Assembly: GCA_903813345.2 (NCBI GenBank)
Contig: CAIIXF020000001.1
Span: 9,176,001-9,240,000, forward strand
Source of the DNA: Owenia fusiformis
Lineage: Eukaryota
Length of the DNA stretch: 64,000 bases
Direction of reading: 5' to 3'
Part shown: positions 30,101 through 45,100 of the stretch, in pieces
How positions within the stretch are numbered: position 1 is the first letter of the stretch
How the letters are laid out: each line of letters opens with the position of its first letter
Program-made: the position numbers and the translations under genes
Notes under the pieces: generated by a model
The model's input: the letters and a program-made list of their open reading frames with translations, nothing else
What the model was told of the DNA's origin: nothing
Database searches by the model: none

Positions 30101-33100
30101 CATATTATATAATCAGACTTTGTCCATTGTATTCAATGTCAGAATAATGAACTAACAATACAAATACACACACAATACATACATATACAATACATACATA
30201 TGAGGTTCCAGACAGCTTGCCAAACCAGATCATCTTCTAACAAACATTTACAACATTTTGTTCTGACCATGTTTTGTATTGGTTAGAGTCCCTAATAGTC
30301 TTTATTTTTAAATAATAATCATGAATTAAGAGATTCCTCTGAAGGTCCTCTTTGAATTTCACTAATAGGGGATCCTGATTTGTGATTGTGTTTTGTAGGG
30401 TATAAAAATTCCAATATTATTTACAGTCGAATCTCAAAAAAAAAGGTCTTTTGAGATGTATGAATGTCTTTGACAGTGTGGCACCACAAAATGCAAATTT
30501 TTAATATGAAAATAAACCTCAATTCTAACGGAATATTTATTATTTTATTACGAGAGTGTTCAATGGAGGAGGTTTTGGCTTAACAATGAACAGATCAAAT
30601 CAGCAGTGACGTATATTCACAGTGCCATACATTGTTGGTCTTTATTCTATTGTTATAAGACCGATAAAGTACATAGGAGGTAAGTTGCAATCAGTCGCAA
30701 TTAGTTAGTTTCTTGTCTCCGCAGGACATTAACCTTTATACTCTTCATCGATTCATAATTGCCATTTAGGTCCTATTATCATTACATAACTAGCTCATAA
30801 TAACCTGATAACTCGAAGGAAATTATGGCTCAAAAGACAGGAATTACTTTTACTAATAAACTTCAAACCCTTGAAAGTAATGAAAGGTACTATATATCAT
30901 AATACCTGAGATATGCTAGGAGCAGTTTTGTCTATCATGGAGAAGCCCACTACTTTTTCTTTCTCATTGCAACAAAGAAAAAGCAATACCTACTTCATGG
31001 ATTAGTATATACTTTATCATTCATGTATAACCTTGACTCTGGTTAAAGTCTAATAATGCTCTGAACTATTGAAAAAGTCACAACAAAATATACTCTAAAA
31101 TGCATTTTCAATGCCACAAAATTGACGGTTATAGAATTTTGAATTATTCAAAGCACTAAGAAAGTATTGAATACAGTCTTTATAATTGTTTTCATCAATC
31201 TCATATTAAATATTCTTACATAACAATGCTCTTGCATTACTGTATATTTGACATTGTAATGGTCAAATACTGACCTTGCAATGGTCAAATACAAGTATAG
31301 AAAATGTGCATGAATAGACTGAAGAACTGTCCAACAAAGTAAAGAATAAACACATGAATGTGTTTTTCCTTAGTTTTTTCTGGAAACACCTTTGGTGCAT
31401 GTTTTGTTATGTGGAACAGAAATGAATTATAAGCTAAAATGCTCTAACTTGGAGTAGAAAGGAAAATTAAACAAGGCATTAACATGACAAAATGTCACCA
31501 CCTAGTTGATCACAATATTATTAGTTCAATCTAAGTAAGATTTGAATTTCTGAGAACTTGTAGATAATTTTGAAAAAATAAATTGGAATAAATTGGTCAA
31601 TTTTAAGCAAGTTGAAAAATACCTTTTTTTACCCTGAGAAGGTCATTGAAGGTGAAATCTCAAATCTAAAGTCAGATTTGAACTTCTAAGAACTTGTAGA
31701 TGATTTTGAAAGAAAATTGATAAATTTGTAGAGAGATGAAATTAAATCTTTTTGGCCTTGAGAAGGTCATTGAAGGTAAAATATTTTTTGACCTTGAGAA
31801 TGCCATTGAAAGTCAAATCTATGGCCAAATTTGAACTTTTGAGAATTTGTCTATGATTTTGAAAATTGAATTTGGTCGATTTGAAGCAAGTTGAAAAAAT
31901 ACCTTTTTAACCTTTTTTGACTTTGGAAAGGTCATTGAAGGTCAAATCTTAAATATAAAGTCAGATTTGAACTTCTGAAAACTTGTAGATGATTTTGAAA
32001 AAAATTGAAGTAAGTCTAAACAGTATTTGTTAAGTTATTGGAAGTTGTAAGAATTTGTTACAGACGCCGATCCCGAACCACCAACAACCATCAAAAGAAA
32101 ACGGAGACCATAACAATATGTCACCACTTTTTGGTAGGCAGCAATTTTGAATGTTTTTTCTTCTTGAAATACATGTATCAGCAATTCCTGAAGTTCGCAT
32201 TGGCTTACCAGGTTTATTAAAAGAGGACAATCCACAGTTGCTTAATTAAACAAGAACACAAACGTGTACAATATGTCCCCACCAATGGGTGATCCTGTCA
32301 AATGGATATCCTGATAATGAGTAGTCAAGACTTTATCGTTACAATTTTGGGATGGAAAATGCAAAATGGCCACCTTAAAATTTACCCAGAATGCCAGAAA
32401 ATTAGTCAGCTCTAGATTTTCATACTACGAACCTACCCTGAAAATTTGAAATTGATCCGTCAACAGTAAACAAAAAAATGCGTAAACAAGACTCTACAGA
32501 CAAGATTTTAGGTCGGAAAAATCCAAAATGGCTGCCTTGACATTTACCCAGAATGCCCAAAAACTAATCAGATGTAGATTTTCATACTAAGAATCATCCC
32601 TGAAAATTTGAAATTGATCTACCAAACGGTTCAACTGGAAATGCGTAGACAAGACTTTACAGACAAGATTTTAGGACGGAAAATCCAAAATGGCTGCCTT
32701 CACATTTACCAAGAATGCCAAAACACTAATCAGATCTAGATTTTCATACTAAGAACCATCCCTGAAAATTAGAAATTGATCTACCAAACGGTTCACCTTG
32801 AAATGCGTAGACAAGACTTTACAGACAAGATTTTAGGACGGAAAATCCAAAATGGCTGCCTTGACATTACCCAGAATGCCCGAAAACTAATCAGATCTAG
32901 ATTTCCATACTAAGAATCATCCCTGAAAATTTGAAATTGATCTACCAAACGGTTCACCTGGAAATGCGTAGACAAGACTTTACGACAAGATTTTTGGACG
33001 GAAAATCCAAAATGGCTGCCTTGACATTTACCAAGAATGCCCGAAAACTAATCAGATCTAGATTTTCATACTAAGAATCATCCCTGAAAGTTAGAAATTG

Positions 33101-36100
33101 ATCTACCAAACGGTTCACCTGTAAATGCGTAGATAAGACTTTACAGACAAGATTTTAGGACGGAAAAATCCAAAATGGCTGCCTTGACATTTACCCAGAA
33201 TGCCCGAAAACTAATCAGATCTAGATTTTCATACTAAGAATCATCCCTGAAAATTAGAAATTGATCTACCAAACGGTTCACCTGGAAATGCGTAGACAAG
33301 ACTTTACAGACAAGATTTTAGGACAGAAAAATCCAAAATGGCCGACAATAAAAAAGTGATGATGAGTTTTTGCTGATTTCTTCTTACAAAATTATCACAT
33401 ATAACTACTGTTAACAATAACATAGGCTATTACAACAAAGTACACCTGAAATTATTTATAAAGCTACTAAATAGTTAAAGTATGAAAACTGAAAAACACC
33501 ATTCAATATGATACAAAGTATTATCGCGCGCTCACTTTTCTTAAAACATTCAAAATGGCTGACATGACTGAGCTAACAGGTCCAAAACCTAATCAGATCT
33601 AGAATGAAGTGAGCTGAACAAGATGTTAAAGTTTTAAAAGCAACTGTGAAGCCGTTTTTCTTAAAGCTTGCAGACAAGGATTTTAGCATTTGACTTCAAA
33701 ATGGCCGACAGGAAGTAGGTATCGTGATAATCTTTTTTCATCCACATCTGTATGCACTCATAAGTTATCCCTGAAAATTTGAAGGTGATATCTGTAGCGG
33801 TTTTGGAGAAAACTGCCGGACGTACGGACAGACGGACAGACAGACGGACAGACAGACGGACAGACAGACGGACGGACGGACGCGCCTAGGCCGACAATAT
33901 GGCCCCACACTATGTGGTGGGGACATAAAAAGGTAAGGAAATAACACATGTCTTCAAACTTTATTTTATACCACAGAATAGGATATCTTAAAATATTTTG
34001 TTTCACTACTATCTGGTGTCATTAGGGTAAAAGCTAATAATATAGCTCAACATATATGTTTGTTCAGGAAAACTCAAACTTTAACTTTAATACATCCCCT
34101 CAAATACTATAAATACCAATAATTCTTATCGTGCACAGTGTTATTATTGGTTATAGATTGAAAATGTTTCATAACCTAGTTACAGGAATACAAATCAATC
34201 CAACCTAACAAAATATCACGCATATACACCATGTCTGTTTTGTCAAGAATTGTCTAAATCAGGTTATCTACAATATTATAGCCATTTTCTTCAATAGGAA
34301 CATTTGGTATGCTTATTACCAAATTATATAAATGATTTTCTTATTGATTATCAGTACTTGTCGATGTTCAAAAAAGAGATTTCTTGAGCACAATGAACCT
34401 TAAGTAAGTAATGGTTGCTTTGGGGACATTTACTGTTTCTAGCTTTTTCTGCCAATAGGACGCATGTTTTTGTGAGATATGATGTGCACTCTTTGTCACA
34501 GGACCATTTCAATGTCTTGCCTTCTAAAACACATATTTTCATTGAGAACACTATCATATCAATTGGTGTAACAAGTCAAAGCAGCCGTGATTTGAAAAGT
34601 TTAATTTCACCAATATTGCGGAAAAATTTGAGAGTGGGACATCTCACACCTGGCAGCTGAAAGGTTATGTGATTGTACTTTCTGACCCAGAAATCTGAAT
34701 TTGTGATTTTTAAACTACAGTCAAAAAAAAGAAAAGAAAAACTATACACTATTATAAACAGTAATAAAGTCATTACTATTAAAAAAATCAGGAGTCACCA
34801 AAACAAGGTCTTCTATTTAATTTACAAGTCTACAAGAGGAAAAATTAGCAGGTATTTTTCATATGCAATAATTTCTTCATCCCTCGCATACCCTAAAATG
34901 CACTTATTACACTTGGCACTGGCTGACTCATCTTAGCTCTCCAGAAAAGCATTTTGTCTCATAAATCAGAGGCTCTCACAAGTGTTAGACAAGGGGACCT
35001 AAATCAAGAATGAGGTGGATGATACCATATCAGGAAATTCTCATGGAAAAATAAAAGAGCCCTGGGAAATGGTTCAATAAGTTTTTTATGATGTTAATCA
35101 ATGATCTTCATCCTACAATGTATGTTGTCCCTTGGTCTTAAATTCTTATCAATTTTTTAGTCCAAAAAATTCTTGATTTATTGAAATAAACCCCAGATTT
35201 CTTTCAAATTATCACATGATTTTTCATGAGAAAATACAGTAAAACTTTAATAAACACCTCTCTTATAAGTGAACACCTGTTTCTAGTAGATACCTTTCCT
35301 CCACACATACTTTTGTATAAATTACCCTTTCTGTATTGAAATGTTCAATATACACAGGTTTTACTGTATATAAAGAAGATACCATGTACTCTAATATCCT
35401 AAGAGTATACTTTATTTTTATAACTCCTACTTCTTCATTAATTAAAAACCTGATGAAATTTCCTTTTTTATATTGACATAAGCTTTCTTTTTGTGGATAG
35501 GTATGCCATTGTAATTACAGAAGAATAACAGCACAATTGATGTAATACTTATCAATACATTGAATTGACATTTTGTCTTTCCATGTCTCGGTACAGCTTA
35601 GTGATATAACAAATAATGGTTCTTTATGATTATGTTCTTTTCAAAATACCTTTTATCATCATGTTAAAACCCTTTGCATAATTAAACATACCATCCATTA
35701 GACAGTTTGCTACACATTTTCCTAGGTACATAAACAACCAGTATTTCATCTATTATTCATTTCTCCTTTCTATTATGCTATCCAACCCTTTGATAATAAA
35801 TATCAAGGGTTTCTACTTTGCTTTGTAATCAAGAGTAGAAAGGGAGAGACATATGATCAGGAATGTACTCGACACTCTTAAAAAGTAGGAATGATAGAAA
35901 TTTGACAATTAGGTTCAAATACAATCAAGATTATGATAACATATACGTATCAACAGTGGAACTCCTTGTATAGGCTTCAATTTGCCCAAACAATGAATAG
36001 AGGATTAAAGTGTCATCATGATACAACAATTAATCTTCCCATTCTACCTTTTCATTTCATGATATACCCTTACATGATAGATATCCTAGGAAGATCAACA

Positions 36101-39100
36101 ACTTAAAAATGGATTTAAGGTGCAGGTTTTACTGATGGTTATTTAGAGTAATTTATAACAATAAAGGAAACAAACACGGCTTTAATATGCAAAATATCAC
36201 CACCTGCCATTTGATGCAAAATGCCATCCGCTGAAAACTGCTAAAAGAGTTGGAGACTATAACAATATGTGACCACTTGTTAAGGTGACATAAACATCAT
36301 GTTAATATATTTCTCATATCTTTCCATTTCTTATATTTCATAAGATAGATCTAAATATCAATTTAAATGAAAGATGAGGATGAAAATGCTTTCAGAAAAA
36401 GCCTGGGGACGAATAGCATACACTACATTAGTTTATATGGTTAATAGATTTTTTGAGTACCCTAACTAGAAAAAACATATGGATTTACTCCTAAGGCTTT
36501 GATGCATGTCCTCGGAAAAGTAATTACTAATAAACAGACAATTTTATTGTTTAATAGAATTTTTTGGGATTCATGTAGACACAATTTTACCACAGGGTGA
36601 AAAATGTTTTTCCGATGTTATTGACTCTATGAGTCATCAGAAAAAGATAATTCCCATTTTCCAGTTTTCATGCATCAAGGAAGATTTCCAAATCAAAAAG
36701 TTAACTATATATTAGTACCTGATTAGTCCCTGATCTATCACAATTATCAAACATATTTGAATGTCTGATGACCAAAGTTTTTCTTGATATTTTTCTTCCT
36801 TTATACAAATCATAACGACAACATTCAAAATATAATCAGGATTTTCACTGAGTATATAATAAAAAGTATACATGTTAATCAATAACATAAGATAACAAAC
36901 ATTTCAATATTATCATATTATGCAAAAATAAATTTTATTTTTGTTTTTAAATCAATTCTAAATTAGATAAATTGTGCATTTTTACATATATTGCAACAAA
37001 TTAATTATAGCTCAAGCCTATATTCAAATTTCATCAAAAATGCACAATGGCTGCATGTTGGCTATCACTGCCAAAATGAAAACTGGTGAATGAAGAATAT
37101 AAAGACACGTCTGTTTTATTCAATATAAATAATAAAGGGTAAAATAGCCATATGGGTGGATTCCACACTCTATTGTTATGCCGACTTCCTCACTTAATGC
37201 GGACAACAATGACACTTATAACAGACAAATAAAATCAATGTCATTTCCTCATTAACATATCATAGTTAATATTGAATTTTGTAAAAGAATGTTGCATGCA
37301 GAAAAATCACTTAAAGCACTATAGTTAGTTGTTGTTCTGAATAAAAAAAACATATTAACAATTTTACATGAAACATGAATTGAATTTTGGAAAATGTAAT
37401 CACAATGCCCCAACAGTATTGACTATTCTAAAATGAATCAGCATCAGATCTTTAATCTTTTCTTCTTTGCATCACAAAATAATAAAAATAGGATATATAT
37501 AGATATATACAATCAATAGATCAATGCAGCACTCTTCAAATCAGCGTACAACAGCGTCCCAACAACGTAATAAAGTTCAAACTTGTTTAAGTTGACACAA
37601 CAACTTTCTTTTTCTTCTTTTTCTTGCAAAGTTCTATCGGTGGTTTATAGTCCTTTGGAGCATATGGAGCTGTGTCTTTTCTTAAATGCCTCAATAAGCT
37701 AAGAAAATCCATGTCTTCTAATTTCTGTGGCTCCTCTACAGTATTCACAGATGAATAACTTTCAGTCATACTGTTGGTTTCTGTGCCATTAGTCGGTTTA
37801 TTCAATTCCTCACTGATCAGGCTTTCAATCTCATTATTGTCAGCATTATCATCTACTTGGACCTGAGATGGGGTCACTGGTGTTCTACTGGAGCTACCAT
37901 GTGAGCTGTTGGAACTTAATAAAGCATATTTTGCATGAGGAGATGAATTACTTCTGCTTCTTAAACTAGCTGTAGAGTCTTCAATGCTCACTGATGGTTT
38001 GTCCCTATCATGATCAGGCTCTTTATCCAACGAAATATCCGGATCCGACAGATTAGTCCTATCTTCGGGTTTATTTTCATTGTGAAGTTTACTCTGAGAA
38101 TTTTTCCTTTTAAGACTAAGCCGTCTTTTCTTTGGAGAGACAGTTTGTTCCTCAACAATATCTATAGCTCCAGATTGTCCAGTTGGTGGTCGAGACATAA
38201 CACGACTGGATGAAGTATTAATCCCCATGTTTGAACTTTCATTGGTCTCACAGTTAGAGTGTGAACTCTCCGTTCCTTCACAAACAACTTTATGATTCGT
38301 GCTTACTGCATGATCCGATTGTAAATATCCTGTTTGATCAACATCATATTGACAATCAATCACATTGTTTCCCAGGACTTGTGGCAATATTGCACTACTA
38401 TTATTCTCAGCTGTTTCATCATTGACGCTAATTGAATTGAAAGACTGTAACCCACAGAGATCACTCTTTAATGATAAATTGTCAGAGTCGCACTCTATTG
38501 GTAAGGGATTTATAATAGGCCTCCTATAATAATCATTTGATTTCCTAATTGGAGTCCCCATCTTTTCTTTTGTTCCAACCACTGTATTATGCATATAATC
38601 ATTACTTCCTTGTTTCGCACCATCCAATGAACTTGGATTTGCATAAATGATCGATCCGGTTGGTGAATTTTTTTTACTTTGAATTGCATAAGAGTTGTAG
38701 GCCGAATCGGTCGAATTATTTGTTTTAGGTGAATTGTTATGATCATCAAATTTGCTTTCATCTTGTCTATCCAATTTTAAAGACTGTGCAGACCCGAATT
38801 GAACAGTTTTAAATGATGCTTCAGAAATGCTCCTTGAATTAGAATACACAGCATCAGCAACATTGTTAGTTAAATATGTAAGCTTTACATTTCTGCTTGC
38901 TTCCACATGCTGATCTTCATTCAAATCAGGAGATGTAACAACCAAATTGTCTATTTCATCATTCAAGTTCTCTTCTAATCTTGTTGACATATTGTTATTC
39001 ATAGTAGTTTCTTCATCACTATGTGCATTCTCTGAGCTCCTCGTAACATATAAGTTAGAAGCTTTTATTTCCTGTAAACTCTCCTCTGAACTAACCTTCC

Positions 39101-42100
39101 CCGAGTGTTTATTCCCCATTGTCTCCTGATAATCATTCAATCCTCCACTATTGCCACCAACCTTTGTTACGATTTCATTATTTATACTTAATAGATTCAC
39201 GGCTAATTTGAATGAATTGCACGATGGAAATTTATTATTCAGCACCCTATTTGTTAATCCATCTTTCCATTCAGTGTTTGATTTATTCAATAGAATTTGT
39301 TTCTTTTTATTATCTGCTTCACTAGGTCTACCTTGTTTCTGAAATCTCGCTATATTGATGTTAAATAAAGTTTGTTTTAAACACTGATTATTTATTACAT
39401 TCCCATGCTTGTTGCTAAGGCGATCAAAAGTCCTATTGGCGATACTTTGATGGATAAGAGTTCGTTTTATAAGTTGCAGTATCAGGTTTCTTCATCAGCA
39501 TTCTAAAAATATAATAAAACATCAAATTCAGAGCAACTATTATAATTAATAAAGAACCGATGATGATGTTTAATAGGTAAGTGTCGTTCATCAAGACATG
39601 CCCTCGAGAAACTTCTTTCAAGTGGATATTTCAAAACTCCGGAACATATTCCATTAAACCCAGACCTAAAATGTAGTTTAAAAAATAGCCAGAAGGTTTT
39701 TAATGTAACTACTTACCACCTGAACATGCCTACATTATTTCACACTTTCTCTAATAGGAGCACTTCATAAAACTAGGAAAATCTATAGAAAGACACGTTC
39801 TTTATATAAAGGGGTATTCTTTTCCAACGGATGACCAGAAATCAAATACATATCTAATCAGATTATTGATTGGATTCATTAACAAAGATCATTATGCAAA
39901 CATGAAAATTCGTAATGCAAATAATTCCATATTTCAGCATTTATTATAGGTTTTCTATATGAATGAATAAGTCAATAAAGGACTCTTGGGAATATATGGC
40001 GCTCAGTTCAGACAGAAGCAGAAACTGATACTTTTGATCATTATTTGCTTATCATTTTTCCTAGACGTCACTTTAAAACTAGCATTACAGGCCTTTGGCT
40101 TATAATCAATCAATGAGAAATATTTTAATTTTAACTAAACACATTTTCTGAAAAATTTTGGATATGTTCTCAACAACTCATATATTGTGTCTATAAATCA
40201 ATTAAAAGTAACAGAATGTACAACTCCCATGACTATGGGAAAGAGAAGGTTCAAATCATATGCTTTTAATCAATTAAGTTCAAATCATGCGACTAATTAC
40301 TAATTGTCATATTTAGAGACATAATTCGATGGGATAATAAGCAAAGCTAGCCCAGCTGATGATTCACCCACCTTTAATTAATCAACGATCTCCCCCCGAG
40401 AGGCAAATTCCATGAAACAAAATATTTCCTCTTAATGTCTCTACTCTATAACATATCAATATTATAAATATGAATCAAAACTATCAAGTGGATCAAATAT
40501 ATACTTTTAAGAAACTGTGGCTGTTTTAAGACATTCTATATTTAAGAGCCCATGTCCACCCCTGTGCAATATGCATGCACAGTGAATTGTTAACAAATCA
40601 TACTGGAAAAAGATGAGTCCCACTTTTTGTCACATTCCATGATATTCTTAACATCATATGGTAGTTCAATATGGCATAATTTTGAGATTTTATTGAAACT
40701 GAATTTTTTTTAATAATAAAATCACCAAATTTTCAAAAAATATGATGTCTCAATAAACTTTGATTAGTTGTTCATGATAACCAAAAGCATGGGTTGAACA
40801 ATCTCAAAAATAAAGTCAATCAGATGTCAGAATATATAATAGTCAAAACAAACTTGCAATACCTACTTATTTTGCTGACACTGTCAACTCAGAAGAGAGC
40901 AAAAACACCAACATTTTAACATAACAATCATTAACAAGGCATTTACATGCAAAATGTCACCACCTGCCATTTGTAACAGATATTGAATGCTGACTGCCGA
41001 ACACCATCCAAAAGTAGTTGGAGACCAGAACAATATGTCACCACTAGTGGTGGTGAGATAAAAAATATTCTAACACTATCTGTTTTCGACTAAAAATACT
41101 ACTTCAAAAGACATTTATGCGATTTTGCTTGACAACATAAAATTGAAGATCCCATTTAACTCTTCAACAAGAACTTGTGGATTTTTTATTGTCTAAGTGG
41201 CAACACAAAAAGCTGCAAACTGTAAATACAAATTGTTATATTATTTTACCATGTACAAAATGACAAATAAGTCAAACTGAGAAATCTGATTCATGTCATG
41301 GAGTTCAAAATTATAAATATTCATAATATATCATATATTATAAAATATTTTTTTGTAGCATCCGATAAAAAATGCAGCTTGGAATGAATGTACTGGGTCT
41401 TGCTGCAAAATAATAATACACCCTTGAATAGAATATCATGAATGAAAAGACATAAAAATATGGGACAAAAAATCAAAAATGGCCACGTGAAAATTTCCCA
41501 AGTATTTCCAAATCTTATCAGTTCTGAAAATTTGAATTGCATCTATGAAACAGTTTGGCTAAAAATGCGTAGATGATATTAATTACTCAACTATGGGATA
41601 AAAATTCACCAAGACCAACTAGGACTCACATTTTACAATTTGCCAATTAGTATGATTGGGCCAACTAGTACATTGTGAGCACTGACAGACAGTCCCACGT
41701 GTAACTGACTCAACCATGTGGACTAAGTATGTCCGAATTCCTCTTGAAAAATACTGCTAATTTTTAAAATGCCTATGGTAACTTAGGCAGTGCTGATATA
41801 AACATGAATAAAATAATTCAGAAAAACTATACATTATACTAAATAGATATAAAGATTAAATATTTACCTGATGACTGCTCGTGTCATTCAGATACATCAA
41901 TGTAATTGATCTTGACAATAGAAGAGTTGTCCTCCCTTTTATTATTACTTATAGAATGGTGTTGTTGTTTCTCTTCCTCTCACTTCTGTCTCAACGGAGT
42001 GTAGGGATAGATGTTAATAGATAGTTTCCGTGTCTATACGAAGCATGTATGCCCTACAGCTGATTATTGTTTTAACTTATGGCGTTAGTGATTTTATCAT

Positions 42101-45100
42101 AAAAGGTAAGGTATAATTAATTGATACAGTGAAAACTGTCAATTAGAACACCTCTGTAAGTTGAAAATCTCCTTCAGAAGAACACTTCAGAGTCCAATGA
42201 CACATTGATAAAATGTTATATGAACCTCTGAAAGTTGAACACCTCCAAAGTGAAACACCTTTCAGAGGAACAAAGGTATTCTACTTACACAGGTTTTACT
42301 GTATATCAAATTATCAATATTCCTATAGGCATTCTGCTGATATCAAAAGTTGTGTTACTCACTCAGTACCGGCATTTCACTTTAAAACAAATCCATTATA
42401 CATTTAAAGTATCTATTATACATTTTCCCCAATTAAGATGAATAAAGAACTACAGTTCTTTTTTAATCACACTTAGCATGAAGTCTGTCGCAATACCATT
42501 GTTATATATTTCTATCACCTTTTATTCTGTGTAACGATTTATTTTAAATACTTTGTTTTCCTAATGTCACGGTATCTTTGAGGTTATAGACGGGCTCAGT
42601 CTAAATCACTTGACATTTCTGTGATGTTTGCCGTAGAATTTTAAATCGCAGATAATGAAACAGAATACATACGAACTAGTGATTTAACAATTATGACTAA
42701 AAATAGAAAATTGCTTCAATAAAATAAAATAGCACCATGGGAGGGTACTTTTAAAGGAAGAAAATTTTGAATTTTATCATGAATAATATTGTTTACCAAA
42801 TAACAGAGCTACCTGCAAAAGTTAAAGGAACATTCCTTGCCAGACTATTTCTCTCCTGATATGGTAGCTACAATCATATATATACTTTACATATTTAGCA
42901 AAACACGGGAATTTTTTTTCATATGGTCAATATTGATCATTTGAAAATGTAGTACTCATTCCCAGTAGGCTGCCATCTTTTCAGATTTCTTTCAGGAAGT
43001 GATGTCATCGACTCTCACCTGTTATAACCTTGTCTATTACAGTATAGGAAAGAAGTACAAAATCACTTCTAAACAAGAAGCCCTTATCTTCTGTGTAAAA
43101 ATATTTTCAGGAGTTGTCAACTTAGAACTAAAGAAGAGATCATCAAAAGGATTTTAATCATAGACCAAATTGAAAAAAATTTCAGCTGGTTTAGTAATTC
43201 TAATAGCTCCTTTCCTAATGTTATATGCAAAGTTGAGAGTCGATGACATCACTTCCCGAGTGAAATTTTAAAAGATGGCAGCCTACTGGAATTGAGCACT
43301 ACACTTTTAAGTGATCAATATTGACCATTTCAAAACATTTTTCTGTTTTTTGATAAACTTGCAAAGTATGTATATGGTTATAGCTACCATATTAGGAGAG
43401 AGATGGTCTGGCAAGGAATACCCCTTTAAGGTACTTTTTCGGGACTTCTGTAGAACAAAGCATGGGTGAACATGGGTCAAATGGCTTCCATAAAAATGAC
43501 CAAGCATGTCCAAAACTTATTGGTTCTTTTTCATACCAAGAAACATACCTGAAAATTTCAAATTAAAATCAATCAGTCGAGTGGTTTGTCTGGTAAGTGC
43601 AGATAACAAAAGTAAGAGGACCCCATCTACCACTTGAATAGTAACAACAGCAAACGGCTTATCTGAAAATCTGTAAGGATTTTGCCGGATGTTGTTTCTA
43701 AAATATGGTATACAAATCAATGTTGTACTTTTGTACTTTGGGCAAAACGTGATATTTCATAAAAGTGGTTGAGGCATTTTAAGATCTTGAGAAAATTTCT
43801 GCTGAAACTTTTACAAAAGTGTATAGTTGTTGACAACTTCTATTTAGGGGTGTGACCATAACAACCATGTTCCATATTATGAATACTGTACTACCAAGTA
43901 TTATACATATCCCATCAAGGATATTTTCAAGATATTATGGTATTGAACGCATTGGTTGCTTAACAGCAAATTCTACTTGTAATTTTGTCACCTTCTTCAA
44001 GACACATCTACCTTGAATAGTTAATTAATCTAATAGCGTAGAAGAGGGATATGAAAGTCAGCGTGATCTCGTACAAACACCCTTATATTGATTCATGGAA
44101 TCGGCAAATAGTTATTCATAAGTCTTCAAATGGAAATCACACTATGTGTTAATTAACGCACCTCTTACATTAAATCAATACTATTGGACTCTTAATAGAA
44201 TTCATAGAAGACAATTGCTGAAAATACAGAAAAACTTAAACCCAATATAGAAAAAGGTTCCATATTGAGAATCGTCAATAATAGCCAAACTTGAAAGGAA
44301 GCATACCTTATTGGAAAAATAAATTATTATAATCATAAATATATAGTTTCTTGAGTATTTGCCAAATTATTTTCAAACTTTTTCAAATATGTTTTGAATA
44401 TAGAATCAGATCATATTTTTGGCCCTAATCTAATAACTGGCATTAAAGTATTAGAAATTACATTTTATGAGAAATTGTGACTTATTTTGAATTCATATCA
44501 GGATCTTTCGTGAAAATTCCTTCTTCAGACAACTTGCATTTGATTAAATTTAAGATTACATATTTATGAAAAAGTGGCAGGAATTTTGAATTGAGCAGCC
44601 ATACTGGACATCCCTTCTTGTGGCAAGAAACAGACAGAAGGACAAATTGATGGCTTCTCAGTATCCTTATTCAAATTTTGTCCCGTGGGATATGAGTCAG
44701 CATAATAAAAGTTTATGTAAACATGTAAAATCCTCCCCCTTGGCTCCAGAAATAAGAACCAAATAAAACTGAATTGCAAATATCAAAACTAATAAGCCTA
44801 TTAAACATGAACACAAAGCGATAAGTAATGAGAGATGAAGATATGAAAATCATTTGAGATTAATTTTTGAGGAACAATGCATGAACAGACCATTGCAGTG
44901 AGAGAAACAAATCCAAATAATTATTGATTTAATTCCACAATTTACAATTTAATCCCTCAATCCGGTTGAATTGTTGCCTTAGTAACAAACTATAAAACAG
45001 ACATGCCCTTGAAAACATACTGTTCAATAGGCAGGCCCTTGGCAACATACTTTGCAAAAGGTAAAACCTTGACAACATATTGCACTACAGGCAGCCCCTT

